Source: Paraphysomonas bandaiensis
Taxonomy: Eukaryota > Protista > Chrysophyceae
Assembly (NCBI GenBank): GCA_965644295.1
Contig: CBFFRP010000406.1
Location: forward strand, 372,001-436,000
Reading direction: 5' to 3'
DNA: 64,000 nt
Shown here: positions 47,004 to 60,779 of the stretch, one piece after another
How the letters are laid out: the number at the start of each line of letters is the position of its first letter
Numbering within the stretch: position 1 is the first letter of the stretch
Program-made: the position numbers and the translations under genes
The notes under the pieces: generated by a model
Told to the model about the DNA's origin: nothing
Seen by the model: only the letters and a program-made list of their open reading frames with translations
Databases searched by the model: none

Positions 47004-47746
47004 CTTGTTTCAACATTAAAATAATATACATGTATAAAGTGTTACGTAATCATATGAGTACATACATTTACCAAAACTAGGAATATTATTATGAGTAGAA
47101 TGTAAAAGTTACTTACTCTGGTCATGCCTATTGAAATATAAACAGAAGAACAACCGATGTAATTATATACGAAGATATTTAGATGCATAATAATGAATAG
47201 AAAATGACTGTAGAAATGGAAACTGAAGTACTTTGAAATATGTTGTATACGTTGACAAAACATCCTTACCTTTGTTAAGCACATAAAAATCTGTTCAATT
47301 TACAATAACAAGTGCAAATCCGACTTTTACAATATTTAATATTAGAGCTACATATGTACCGTGGTCCAGTTATTGTTCACATTGAAATATTGAATCATGC
47401 GTGCACTCATCAGTAACTGAATTTACTGCCTTTATAACTCTATACAGCCGTTACAACTACTTGTTGATTTCACCGAATACACACTGTTAACTCACTTCAA
47501 TTGAACAATACATATCTAGCACACAGCAGAATTCAAGACACAGTATTCCTTTAGGTTGGCTTTGGCAGCGTTATTGTTTTGTATGATTGTACACAATGGT
47601 AAGGTTCTATTTACGTAGAACTCTTCAGCAAATTATTTCTGAAATGTTTTCTGCATTTGCTCCTAGCCTATGAAATATGAAAATATTTCAAAATATTTTA
47701 CTGTAGTGATAGAAATGAGTTATTATACATAATTGTACAGCTACCA

Positions 47747-50700
47747 TTAGGTATGTAATTTGAGGGGTGCTTCACACAAAGTTGGCCTGTACTTAGGTAA
47801 ATTTCTAATAACCGTTAATGATCGTGAATTTAGAGAAGTGGCTTCATACATATCCGAAGATGTTTCATCAAACGATAACTGCTTGATCATTCGCTGCTCA
47901 CGTTGTACTGAACTGTTCACATATGCTTCGTCTTTTAACTGCATAGTCAGTGAAGTTTTCTTTTGATATTTTCCCTCTTTCGGCTCTTCTATTATTGGCT
48001 CACCTGATTCAATGCCTATACCACGCTTGAAGAGTTTAATTTCAGTGACATAGGATTCCGGATCACTCTGCGCTCTGTGTGATACACCTTGGTATATTCT
48101 ATTCGACATCAAAAGTATTCTCGTTACAAGTTCTTGTTGGCGCCGCATTAATGGACAATTAGCAGCAACCTGTCGTTCCATTTGACTTCGCTGGCAGTCA
48201 AAATAGGTTTGCATTCTTAGTAATGTTTCTGTTGGCGTTAAACCGTACAACCTTCCTAACAAGCAACCACATATCATTCCAGCCCGACCATTTCCATCGC
48301 TACTATATATATATAAGCACTCGCCGTTCCATAGCATCTGCTCGAGTTTCCACAACACAGCAATTACATGATCAAAAGGTGGTAATGAGTTATGAAGGAA
48401 AGGAAATGCTTGCCATGAAGCAGTCGTTGGGAGTTTGGACGCAGCTTTCTTAGTTGTTTCGATTTCTTCCTGCAATATTGATTTTTTAGCCTTTAGACGC
48501 AGTTTTTCTTTTCGTTGGCGTTCGATACGCTTCAATTTCTCAGAATTCGAGGACGTATTACTCGTCTCTATGTTGGCATAATCTTCTAGTTGAATATTTT
48601 TATCTTCCACCATCAAAGTTAAGCTTCCAATGTGATGGTGAAGAGCCATTCGCGTTTCCTTGTGGCAATACTCGACCCTTTCTTTAATCGGCATATGAAG
48701 AGAGTCATCATGCATCATCGTTCTCTTTTCCTGCTTGATCAATTCTTCCTCTTCTTCTGCAGTCATAAGAGAAACGAATGAGTTCAGGCCTACAAGTAAC
48801 AGCTGTGAAACTGCATCTACTCGAGTATGAATGACAGAATCAACAGGCCCTTTCGCCCTAGCTTTTCCGATCGGAAGTCTGCCCATCGCTAATCGCCCTG
48901 GAATAACCCAGTTACTATGATCTGTAGGACCTTCAACTCGAGCACGGAAAGTGTTGTATTTCTGATGCTCAAGCGATGAGTGTTTAGCAGATTTACCGAC
49001 AGGAGTGTTTTTATTTTTTATCACCAAATCGGGCAATTGCATTAGGTCGGGCAGTCGCCTGTCTCCTGTAAAGCCTACAGAGGGGTGCCACGGCGGCGGT
49101 GCAGCACCACTATCGCTCTCCTCTCGGTGAAGTCCCATTGGCATTGAATTTATATGAAACCTAGAATCATCCGATGGGTCTGCATCCGCACCATTGCCTA
49201 AACAATCACGAGGAGGGTGCATCAGACAGGTCCCTAATTTATTATGAAGATCTTGGTGCATAGCTCGCGTTTTCTCAATCAAACCCACTCTTCCGACTTT
49301 CTCTGGTTTACTTCCTTTCTCCACATCATATGACGCCCAGTGAGTAACTTGTAAATCAGCCTCTTTGAAACGCATAACGACGTCATTCCAACGTTTGAAA
49401 CTATCTTTCAAAAAAGTCATTCGATTTTTCTGAGCCACACGCACAAATCTTGACACCGCGATTCTAAGTGCTTTCCCATATGCATTAATATCTCTGATAT
49501 TAGAAAAGTAAATCTTGTTGTCCATTGTAACAGCACCAGGTGTGTCACGAGAACAGTAGTTGAACTTCTTGTGCACTTCCAGCCAGCGTTTGTGAGCAGC
49601 CTCTTGAGATAAATTTATCAACTCTTGAAGACGAAACTGGAAAAAATATTAATAAGAAATACTAATTCACATTATATGCTACTTACACGGCACAACCATC
49701 TGCGAACCATTGCTTGAATACGAACTGCATTCTCAGTTTGTATACGCACTTTCTCGTTCAAATTCCAACGCCACCACTTATGTAGAGCCCATAACTGCCA
49801 GTTATTAAACATTGCTGCAAACCTCTTGGTGAGCGCATTCCGAATATTTTCCTTCTTTTTCAGCAACATTAATTTCAGTCTGTCACTGGGTTTAATTAAA
49901 CTATCTTCCGGCATTATAAGTATATGACTTCGCCGTTCCAGTAAAGGAAGCTCAGAAGAACTGTCATAGTACATATGAGACAGTGCTGCTCTCACTTCCT
50001 CAATATAGCTGTAAGCCGCAACCACACCATCAAGGGTTCGACGAGATGCAACCGCATTTGGTAAAGATTTAGCACGAAGCTCTTCTATTGTTGGTTTTCG
50101 AGTAGATTGAAGCTGCGATATTTGTCTGCCGATAGTTCTAGCGGTTGGCCCAGTGTGGTCATTAGAGGTATTAGCCTTACTCTTAGCTACTTTAGAGGCA
50201 CCGTCATTGATTGTTGAAACACTGTTTGCATCACTTTCTTCATCGATAGCACCAGCAGAGGACTCGTCTTCACCCACCCTAGGTGACCCGTCTCCACCAA
50301 AGCCCATTGGAATTGAAGGGTTAAGATGACGCTTTGGCCCATGGTCTCTTATATACTTCGCTTTTCTCAAACGCCTGTCAATTCGATTTGCCATTACCCG
50401 TTCAGACCCCAAAGACGTATATTCTACACCTTCCAGAATGGGTAAGTGCTTTCTCGATACAATATCAGCTAACTTCTGTTTATCCTCTTTATCCTCTTCA
50501 AGAGCCTCGTCATCAAATCGATCGTCACGTTCCAATCGACGCAATATGTCTGGCGTCACGACACCAAGATATCTGATGACGTACCAAGTTATAGCACCAC
50601 CATTTCCCCGAATTAAAGTCGGGGCAGAATCTCCATTTCGAAAATCCCAATCCGACTCAACACTCCCGTATACGTCTTTTCCAGTGTGGGGATCTTTATA

Positions 50701-51327
50701 CACTAGTACATCGCCCCTTTTGTACAGCATATGTTTCCGAGGTTTATTTAACTCCAACGATAAAACGGTATTCGTTGCTAGTGAACAAGGCTTTGACACA
50801 TCTCTCACCTGAGCCATATCTCTCTCATAGAAGTCATGATCAGGCATCACAAAGGAATTGTCAGGAACAATGCGGCTCGTATCACCTGCACGTATCGGGC
50901 GGATCATTTTATCAACTTCGTGCGGATGCAGCTCTTTCCCAAAATTCAGTCGCTCGTGGCACAACACATAACATTTCGAACAAAATACTTGGTCACATGC
51001 TTCACATTTTACTTCACTTAAACTTGTTTCACATTCTTCACAAATAAGATCAGGAACAGCTTCAATTTCTGCCTTCTTGGTCTTGTATCTGATGCCATTG
51101 CAAACAATTTCAATCTCACCATTCTCTGCCTGCTTGGCAACTTCTTTTTCTATTTGCTCTGGATCTGGTTCGGCTTGCTCATATAAGCCTATCCTAGGAT
51201 CAGAGATAACTTCGCTTTCCTTCTCTTCCTGAGCATTTCCATCAGCAGACTTAATAAGAGGTCGCTGTATAGGGGGGAAAATAGGCTCATAGCTATAGCG
51301 TTTAGGAGATCTTACTCGACCAAACAT
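47747..51327 (-). CDS. 1176-aa protein with B-box zinc finger, IQ motif and PTP/dual-specificity phosphatase-like domain lacking the catalytic Cys; intron 49637-49686
   Basis: CEEC...CEAC...FCSKC...CH...H; IQAMVRRWLCR; SNWVIPGRLAMG and LYIYSSDGNGRAG. The two ORFs join in frame via CGT|GTAAGT...TTCCAG|TTT. Confidence 0.85.
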
Positions 51328-51910
51328 GACTTACAATGAAGTAGAGAAGAGCTATAAATCAGACATACACTCGCACAAGAGACGATTCGATAGACATGAG
51401 CGTCATACAGAGTGCGATGAGAGAACTAACTCCCTCTCATACAGACAGAAGCAATGAGACAATCAGATGTTTTTCTTTCAGTAATCACACTACAATCTAG
51501 CTATATATACGTCGATGGAATCAATCCTCTGAGCTACACACTGCTTCGCTAGAGTCGGAGGAGGTGCTGAAATTAACCGCTCTGGGGCGGTCTGTGTCAT
51601 ATTATGGTGGTTTTTAGCACACCGGTTGCTGGAAATAGGATTTTCCCATACTATATTGATGGTTTCTTTGGAAAATGGCTGGTTTGAAGAAGGTCTCGTA
51701 TAAATATGTGTATTTTTGCTGTGTAAAACTGACATCTTGTAAGGTACTACAGTTGAATACAACGCAGAACATGCATACATGTGAGGGTTTCTCCTGCCAC
51801 TTTAAGTACAGTCAGTGGTGTTATATATCCTGCCGTGATTTAGCCATCGCACTGCATAGTATTCTACCGTGATCAGTATACCGAGTTAGAATCTGTGATT
51901 GTATAGAGCT

Positions 51911-52796
51911 ATGCCGAGTGGTTCGAGCAATGATGCCGATAGTCTGGCAAGAAGCTCAATCGAGGTCTCTGAAGCACTAGATATGTTTTTAAAGGAGCGC
52001 CAAGATGCTTCAAGTGCGCAAGATAAAGCGTATAAATTATATGAAGCAGAAATGAACTACATAATCAGTGAAGCGAATGAGGAGGAGAGAAAGACAGCGT
52101 ACGGTATATTTTTTGTATTTCACTGTTCTTATGGGGTGTTGTAGGCCTGATGTCGTAGTAGATCACAACATATTACGCCATATACATGCAACCGGAGAAG
52201 AACCGCAGCGATATGAAGCTGGATCTAGCCTGAATACTGCGTCTCTGTCATCTGATTCCGGTATGGTTACCAAAGTGGACTCATCACTCACTGGAGGGGA
52301 ATCGCACTTACTGTTCAAGCGGGAACCTCCTTCCGAAGCTGAAAAAATTGCTATCCGTGAAGAAATGTTTGATTTTTTTGACCAGTCACGATTGGCAGAG
52401 TCTGAATTGGTGCGATTATTATGAACTCAACTATGTTATTTGTAATCGCTGTATATAGCTGGATTCAGTAGACGAGATCTTAGGAAAAGAAGATGCGAAG
52501 CCATCACAGTCGTTGGATGCACTTTATGACATGCAAACACGAAATTTTGGCATGCTGATGAATTATTTGGACGAGTACCAGCCACGACCTTTCATGAAAG
52601 CTTGGTACTGTTTATCTATACGCCTGTTATGCCTCATAATACTTTTCCCAGGGGGAATGATCCTGAGTACGTGGCGCTCAGTCGAAAGTATGGACTTAAA
52701 GGTGGAGAGAAAACAAATGTTCGTTCCACTTTTGCGACATTTAAGCACAGCAATAGGATAAAGAGGGCATCATCCCCTGAGCAGGTCAATCGTTAG
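51911..52796 (+). CDS. Hypothetical protein, about 4 exons
   Basis: Successive ORF segments separated by short GT-AG introns near 52103-52144, 52410-52458 and 52605-52651. Confidence 0.65.
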
Positions 52797-54544
52797 TGCG
52801 CCGAATATATGCAATTACATTTAAATTTTGGTATCGTGTTGATAAGTAACCGTGGAGATTCCACATATCATTAAATGGTATTGAGGATGCGTGTTGAATT
52901 TGAAATTTCTTTATGCCTCGAATTTATGAATGTTGGGCCGTCAAGGATGTATACAAATTAGGTTGCCAAGTGCAGTAGAAGATAGCAATTAAATGTTAAT
53001 TATATTGTGCATTATGGAAAGAACTCGGATTTTACACAGAGAATGAGGAAGATTGTTATTGGTGTAATCTAGTCTGTGTGGTAGACGACATATTAAGCAT
53101 ATTGAAGAATGATACTTAAGCTTCTTTCTAAAACGGAGGCACGGAGTAATTGCTGAGTACTCTTAGGAGAGACGGAGAGATGTTGTTTTGTGGTTTTGCA
53201 TATCAGCAAGCACCATTTTTCATTACTTGCCATAGCTTCAATAGATTGTTATGGTTGTCTGTTGCAAACAACTACTAACTACCAGAAATAAAATGCCAAT
53301 AAGCCACAAGCACGTATTTCTACAGTGAATCTCAAATCTCGAAGGACTACTCCAGCACCATATCAGTTCTCTTGTAGGTTAACCTCACTCTTACTTTCCA
53401 TATTCCGGATTAAAGGAGACTCACCTTCAATTAGTTCAAAGCCACAAAGTCCTCACCCCTCATTATTATGGTACCTTCATTTATTATTGTAGAATAAAGC
53501 ACAAGAGGGGGTGTAATTATACCTTATATATAATATATAGTGACCGGTCAACCAGAACTTTGCAGGCAAAATAATAACCGCAACCAAATTGCGTGGAACT
53601 GTGTATGCTTGTGTCCTCCGTTATTGCTTGCAAACGTGCTAGAAGTAGCGCAGATAACCGTTTAATACTAACTTATATATAGTTTAATATTTTCTCATCA
53701 ATACATTATAACTATATCCTCTTCACTATGAGTATATCGACTATTACAAAACACACCATAAATCGAACTAAAGTCAATTTTTTCAAGTATTCACCGGGTT
53801 TGGTGATCACATCACATCACATCGACTGGAGATGACCCGGTCAACCAGCACCTGTATCAGTGTATATCCGCAGGAAGTCTCATCAGTGTATTGGGGGAAT
53901 ACTATATTACTACGATCAACTGTGTTCTCCAGGTACAGAGAGTACGCAGTGTAGACAGGCAGCATAGGTAGATATATGCTTGAGTTGCATCCATCTTATG
54001 CCAATGCTACGAAGTCGTAGCTACATCTCCACATGGACGGTTCGTGTACAGTACTCTGTATGTATGTGTGTGCAGGATGCGAGAAAGATCCACTGGGAAT
54101 CCTACACTACAGTATGCAATCCTGCGTATGGTATACCGGTATACCATGGTATACGGTGGTACACTGAGGGCTGGTCACAGACGATATTTTTGCGCAGATA
54201 TGTCGCATGAAGTGAGTTCTGGTCGTACAGGGGTATACGGTATACGGTACGTACAGCAGAGTACTGCTGTATATGTATGTAACTTCCTTCTGTCAATGCC
54301 TATGAGAACAAGCCTGTGTATTCACCGCCATGAGCTGTGCAGCTATGCATGTATAGATACTGGCCCATGCACTGTACTGCCTGTTCTTACAGAGGCATCA
54401 CTGGAGTACCTTCGTGTCTATGAATAATTCCTTTTACACACTACAGCGCCAGATGTACCCATGTCTAGAGCTCATAAACTAATTGAATTAAGGTCAGAGG
54501 TCACCATGGAGGATACGGCTCATTAAACTAATAGCTTTTGAAGA

Positions 54545-57500
54545 TGGACGTTAATGATTCGATGGATTATTCAGATCTAATTGACGATTTGGACAATGAG
54601 TTAAATGGAGAGTGTGACTCACCTGGAAGTGATTGTCAAGTGAAAGATATCGTCGAGGAGATTGATTACACCAAGATTCCCCCTCAGGCTTTTCTTGAGC
54701 GCCTCAGTCGTCGAGGACAGTTGTTAACTGAAATACGAAATGCGTATCTTCGTGATGTGATTGCACTTAAGCATTTACTGGAAGAGCTGCTCACTGGCGA
54801 CGAAAGGGCATCCATATTAAACCAGTGGAAGAGCAGCGTTCCAAGCTTAGATCTTCGCCAGCATTTTATGCTGTACTCCCCGGGTGAGACGTCTATGGAT
54901 GTTCTCCCTTGTAATACATGTGGAGGAAGTGTTGAAGTTGTGCATCATGACAGCTCTGAAATCGAGGAACTGTCGAAGGCACTCTCACACATGGACAAGA
55001 ACAAGGAGGAGTTACGAGTGATCATCGCCACCAAAAACAACCAGCTTGAATTCGCAGAAAGACAATTAGAAGAGTTTAAAGTAAAATACAAAGACGAGGT
55101 GTGCCGTGTGTTTTAACACTTGTGTAATTCTGAAATATATATCACAGAAACGAGTACTCTATAATCAAATGAAGGAGCTTCGAGCAGAGAGTGCATCTCT
55201 GATCAGTCAAAACGAGCACCTGCAGTCCATGAATCAGACTCTTCGAGCGGAAAACATTGAATTTAAGCTAGTCACCAAAGACACGGCTGTTCTTCGAGAT
55301 GTGCTGGTGAAAACAGAGACGGAAAATAATACTCTCAAAGTGGAACTAAAGCAGGTCGAGGAGTCACTCATAGATGCACGAAAGCAAATTCGACTACAAG
55401 CTGACAAAATCAATAACCTGGTATATAGTAGTTTCGTTTACACCACAGTAATTAACTGGTATAATTTCTAAACTTACGCAGGCAGAAAGCTGCAGCTCTC
55501 TGTCGAATCAAGTGGCTGAATTGACCCCTGAGTTGGAGCTTGCGAGGGAGTTGACTCTCAAGCACAAGGAGAGTTCGGATTCCTTTCAGAAAAGGAATGC
55601 GAAGCTTCAATTTCTACTAGAATCATCTCGGCGCGAAGTGGAGAGTCTGCAGGTAACTACAGTGGTATTTATTGTAACCATGACTGATTATGGCGCACAA
55701 CCTTGCAGGGAATGAAAAGCAGTATAGAGATGGACTATCAGTCTCTTCAGGAGCAGACTACTTCTGAGATGGACTCTCTTGAGAGCATGGTTGATACACT
55801 TAGGGAAGAACGAGAGGTGATATGGAAGTCGTAACTAATATATATAAAAGTTTTTGCTGGAACACAGGTGCTCAACACATCTCTTACGGAAACCAGGGAC
55901 TTCTTGACAAATACCATCCAGGAGAAAGAGCATCTCGAGCAGGAAGTAAGTACACTGCGTACAACATGCGATAATTTTCGCGGGGAAGTTTCTCGGGCCA
56001 AGCAACAAGCTACCCAGCTGTCAGACTGCCGTACAAAGATTGAACAACTTACTTCTAAACTCGAAACGGCAACAACTAATGCGAACAAGCATCAGCAACG
56101 GGCACACATAGCTGAAGAAAAAAATCTCCAGCTAGAGCAGGATCTAATAGCTACAAAGGAGGCACTTAAAGCAGCAGAAGAAGCATTAGAGAAAGAGAGA
56201 GAGAAGAATACTCAATCACAAACCCAGATAGCTGATCCTGGAAGGAATCTTAAAGCCACTACTCTTCGCAGGGCCAGTGTGAAAGTTAGAGCAGCCGCCA
56301 GTACGCGGTTGAGAAGTATGCGAGCTCCAATAAAGAATGGAGAACTTGTTGCGGGTGATTCTCAGTCAGACACGGCTACAGAGAGTAAGATTGAGTCGAT
56401 TACCAATGTTGAGAACGAGATTACTACTGACGTAGAAGCTCCAGAAGTGACTAAAATCCATGAGCCGGTATCGAAATCGAGACGCGCTTCGAGAAATCAT
56501 CCGCAGGCAGAAGTCACTCAAGATAGTACAGAAAGCAATGGTGCTACAACAGAGAAAGTTGAATTGGTAAACACTGTAAAATATAAACCAGTGAATAAGA
56601 AACGCGGTAAGGCGAAATCGTCCACGCCGTCTTCAACTCGCCACAAGGCTTTGAATAATTCTGCAGCGAAGAGAGAGAAATCCAGTAAGGCCATTGCAGA
56701 GCGAAACGACCCATATTCTACTGCTGCTGTTGCAGACAGTTTTACTCCACCTTCGGGTGAAGTGCAAGGAGGTGATCATGATGGTACAGATACTGCTTCT
56801 GTTCGTGAAGTGATGGAGATGGAACTCTGCTCACCTGCAGTTAACCAAGACATAATGAAGGAGGCAAGAATATCAGATCAATTCAGTGAGAGCGAAAATA
56901 TGTCTCTTCATTCTGAATCTGAGAGTTCAGCAAGTGAATACGCTAGCGAAAGCTCTGAAGCCGAATCAAGTGATGTGCTTGATGAACTTTCACCAAGAGA
57001 GAGCAAGTGGTCCCTCCTGAAAACGATAGCGAGTTCCAAACGACTCACACGTTTAGCGACACTAAGCGAAGACGACCAAACACCAATGGATGATCCTAAA
57101 GTTGTGCTGTCGAAAACAGCTTCCAAGTTATGCAAAGATGCGAGTCTTGCAGAGGCAGTGGGGATGGACACCAGTACACTTGAATCTTTGAAGGTGCTAT
57201 CCGGAAAAGATATGGCGAATGACACAGAGTCTAGTGATAGCGAATGTTCTGATGATGAAGAAGATGAACTTGAATCTGAAATGTCTGCAGAAATAGCCAA
57301 AACATGGGGCTTATTTACGAAAGCTATAAGGGACACACTTGCAGAGAACTTAGAAGAAGAGTTGGTGACAACAGTGCTACATGTGCTGGCGCCAACCACA
57401 ATAGAATTTTCTTCGTTAATGGCAAAGTGCACTATGGTAGGGGTGATTATGCTTTTTATTGTATTTTATGATCATTGTGGTCAACTCAGGGATTGTGGAG

Positions 57501-59359
57501 AGCAATGAAGATTTCAAAAAAAAGCTCTGATTTGTACTGTAAGCTAGGGAAGATGTACGACATAGTGAAGCCGTGCCTTGGGGGTAGGGCTGATCTTGAC
57601 GATGTCGAGGATGTAAGCTGATATTTAAAAATAATTGATGTATTAGTAAAATGATATTAACAGGCTAAGGCGATGTTAAAAAATAGACAGAAATTAGAAG
57701 CTAAGAAAGAAGACTGGATGATGCCGTACAAGATGAACAAGGAACTGATACATGCGCTGAACTCTCAGGTGTTTGATGAATGTACGTCCAAGCACACAGA
57801 GTCGATGCCTGCGCATTATTTCGGATTTGACCCTGCCGTTCGACCTGTAAGTTTTACTCTTTTTGGAAGTAACATGATAACAAAATTTCGTAGTTTAAAT
57901 TTGAAGTAGCGTTAGCAACTATATGCCAGTTCAAAGACTATAGTGATGTAATGATTGACGAAGTCGATAAATGCTTGTATCGACTTTTTATGGACTGGGT
58001 AGATAGTAAAGTTATTGCTACACAGACCGAGGACATGGAATCTTCATCAACTGAAGTTAGGATTGCGAATCTACAAAACCGCTTGACAGCTGCTGAAAGA
58101 GATGCTTATGACGCGTCGTGCGAATTGGAAGAAGCCAAGCAAAAGATGGAAGAAATGTCTACAGCTGTCAAGAGAGCAACAGAATACAAGGAGCGCAATG
58201 TATACTTAGGAGCTACACTGAAAGATACCACTAAGTCTCTAGAAGAATTGACAGAGAAACACAACAAGTTACTCGACGATTGGAAGGCTCTAAAGGTATT
58301 TGCTCAAGATCAACAATAAGTATTAATAGAATGACTGTGTACACAAAGGGAAACCACGAGAAGTTATGTGAAAAGCTGGCCCGCGTGTCAAGCTTGAACG
58401 ATAGTAGAGGCAAAAAGCTTGAAGAGTTGGAAGCGTCATTGACACGAGAGAAAGAGATGCATTCCACAGCAGCGGAAGGTCTCGCTGAGTTGAAGGAAAG
58501 CGAGAGGGCCCGCCTCAATGACCTCGAGACTAAAACAACACAGTGTTATCCGATTAGCGATGATGTAGCCACTCAGACTGATTTTATCGTCCCGGCGGTA
58601 ATTCAGAACACTTCGTATTTCAACCACAAATGATTTGTATTTTCAGCTATCTCTACGACATCGGAGCTCCACTGATATTTCTCGTAATATCGGTGCATCG
58701 AATAAAAAGGTGTTTTTTCCTGTGGTGACTCCTGGATCAGCGGGTGGTTCTGCATCATTGAGTGAGGATTTCCCTGAAGGGTCTTTGTCGCTTGATATCA
58801 CGGATGCAACAATAACAAGTTGGAGTGCAATTGACTACACCGATTTTGATGATAGGTAGGCGATGGTATATGTGATGGTATACCGAATGTATAACCTTGT
58901 AAGGCACAGTGCGAGTGGGTTCGAGTCTCCTAGGGAGGACAAGGAAGCGGCGGTTACAATGCTTCCGAGTGTTCGAGTACGGGGATCGAGAAGTAATGAC
59001 GCGCTCTTCAGATCGCAGTGGACAGGCTCTCCGACTGGTGTTCCGGTCCAGCATTCTTCTCCGATTAAAAACAGAAGTCCCAATTCTCCGATTAAAAACA
59101 ACAGCCCCAATTCTCCGATTAAGATAGATGTTGTGCGCCCTAGAGGTAGTTGATTTATGGTATATATGCAGAGGCATAACATTTCATTTCAGGTGACAAA
59201 TGGGGTTCGTCGTCCAGTATCAGGGCATATCCAAGGACACCCCCACATACATCTCATTACAGCCGCCACTACGCCACATACAGTCCTGATGAGTCTTCTC
59301 CTGTAAGGCGATTGAATAGTCCAATTCAGCTTTCGAGAAAATCTCTACAAACAAGATAA
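54545..59359 (+). CDS. Large multi-exon coiled-coil protein with N-terminal PCxxCGG motif and acidic/Ser-rich linker
   Basis: Chain of E/K/L-rich ORF segments joined by short GT-AG introns. The last exon 59193-59359 is in phase and ends in TAA. Confidence 0.8.
59056..59123 (+). repeat. Coding 27-bp tandem repeat (about 2.5 copies), SPIKNxSPN
   Basis: TTCTCCGATTAA recurs three times with 27-bp period. Confidence 0.85.
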
Positions 59360-60074
59360 TGTGACTGTGCGTGGGTTTACACTGAAAATTTGAATTTGTG
59401 TTTTTTTATGAGAACGTGGCGTGTCTGCCTCTGCTAAGCAGTTCTACATTTGATGTTGAATTCATGTGTCGTATGCTTTTCAAGACACTATATGTGTAGT
59501 ATTATTGTGCTGTGTTTGTGCCCGTTTCACGAATTTTGCAGATCATCAAAATTTAAGTAATATTGACAATAGGATTATATACATGCGGAAGTGGCATACT
59601 ATTCAAGTTGAATTATAGTTTATTGTGTTCATTATTCGATCTAATAATTTGTAGCGAGAATAACACTTCAAGTAGTAAAAGTTCGGGTTTCATCCCCTTC
59701 ACCGGGATCGGACATTTGGGCATACCCCCGCCACAATAGAGCAATAGAGGCTATCAGATTATGACATAATTAAATGGTAAAGACTTTGGTGTTGTAAAAT
59801 GCAATTTACTGAATGTTGTAATTATACATCCAATGCTTGAATTATAATTTATAATCAATAATCAATCTCACTTATTATTCATTGTCAACTTTAATTCATG
59901 TTGTCCCAGCTACATATACTATGTTTCACTACTATGTTTCCTATCAAGTTCATGTAATACTGTTAATGAACACTCTTCAAGTAATACATTAGAACTACAG
60001 CTCAACAATGACGAGATATAGTGGCTATATTTCAATTGTATCAACTACAAAATTATGTTACGAAACTTAGTAAC

Positions 60075-60122
60075 ACTTACTTCTATTCACACTTAGTAAC
60101 AACTTACTATACTTCACTTACT
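60075..60122. repeat. 48-bp dispersed repeat, copy 2
   Basis: 47/48 identical to 25176-25223. Confidence 0.85.
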
Positions 60123-60315
60123 TATTATTATAGTAATATATTATATATTCTATATTGCTTTGTTTACGTTTATTCCATCTCACGCTATAGTAATATATAT
60201 ATCCATTAATATCGAGGCAGAAAGATAACTTACAGTAAATTGAGTATATAGTATCTCTATTGCGGAGTTGCTGTCAAAACTCTGAGGTTATTTCGAATAT
60301 GTTAGTAGTTACAGT

Positions 60316-60411
60316 CAGGGCCTGGTAACTATTTATGGTCCATTAATGGTAGTCCAGTTCCCGGTTCCCGGCAATTATAATGGTATTACCATTAACGGCT
60401 ACCAGGCCCTG
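60316..60411. mobile_element. 96-bp hAT-type MITE
   Basis: Perfect 12-bp TIR CAGGGCCTGGTA/TACCAGGCCCTG and 8-bp TSD GTTACAGT/GTTAAAGT (7/8). Confidence 0.9.
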
Positions 60412-60779
60412 GTTAAAGTCAAGTAAACTGTGTCCAATCTAGAAGTATAAAATATTAGCTGGGAATTTCAATTAACGAAACGTTGAATATCAATAATAAA
60501 CCCTTCGGCATTTTTCTTAGAAATCGCGTGATCAGTAATAAAATGCTAGATTTTGGTAAGTCAACTGGCCCTGAGAAAAACACAAGATTGACATTGCAAA
60601 AGCGTTGCCAATATATGTCGCAACTTCTATGCTACACATCACACATATTACCACTACATCAAATGTTACCAAACATACAAGGTGCGTAGGACTCTTGTAC
60701 CACGTATATGACTTCAAGAATTTAGACATCTCTCACGGAAACATGCCCAGAACATTCCGTATCAAACTACACAAGATAC

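Noticed and set aside
53541-53851. Two copies of CCGGTCAACCAG and a short ATCAC run
   Set aside because: Too short to define an element, with no ends or TSD.
56908-57432. 174-aa Ser-rich minus-strand ORF
   Set aside because: Antisense of the acidic exon of the coiled-coil gene.
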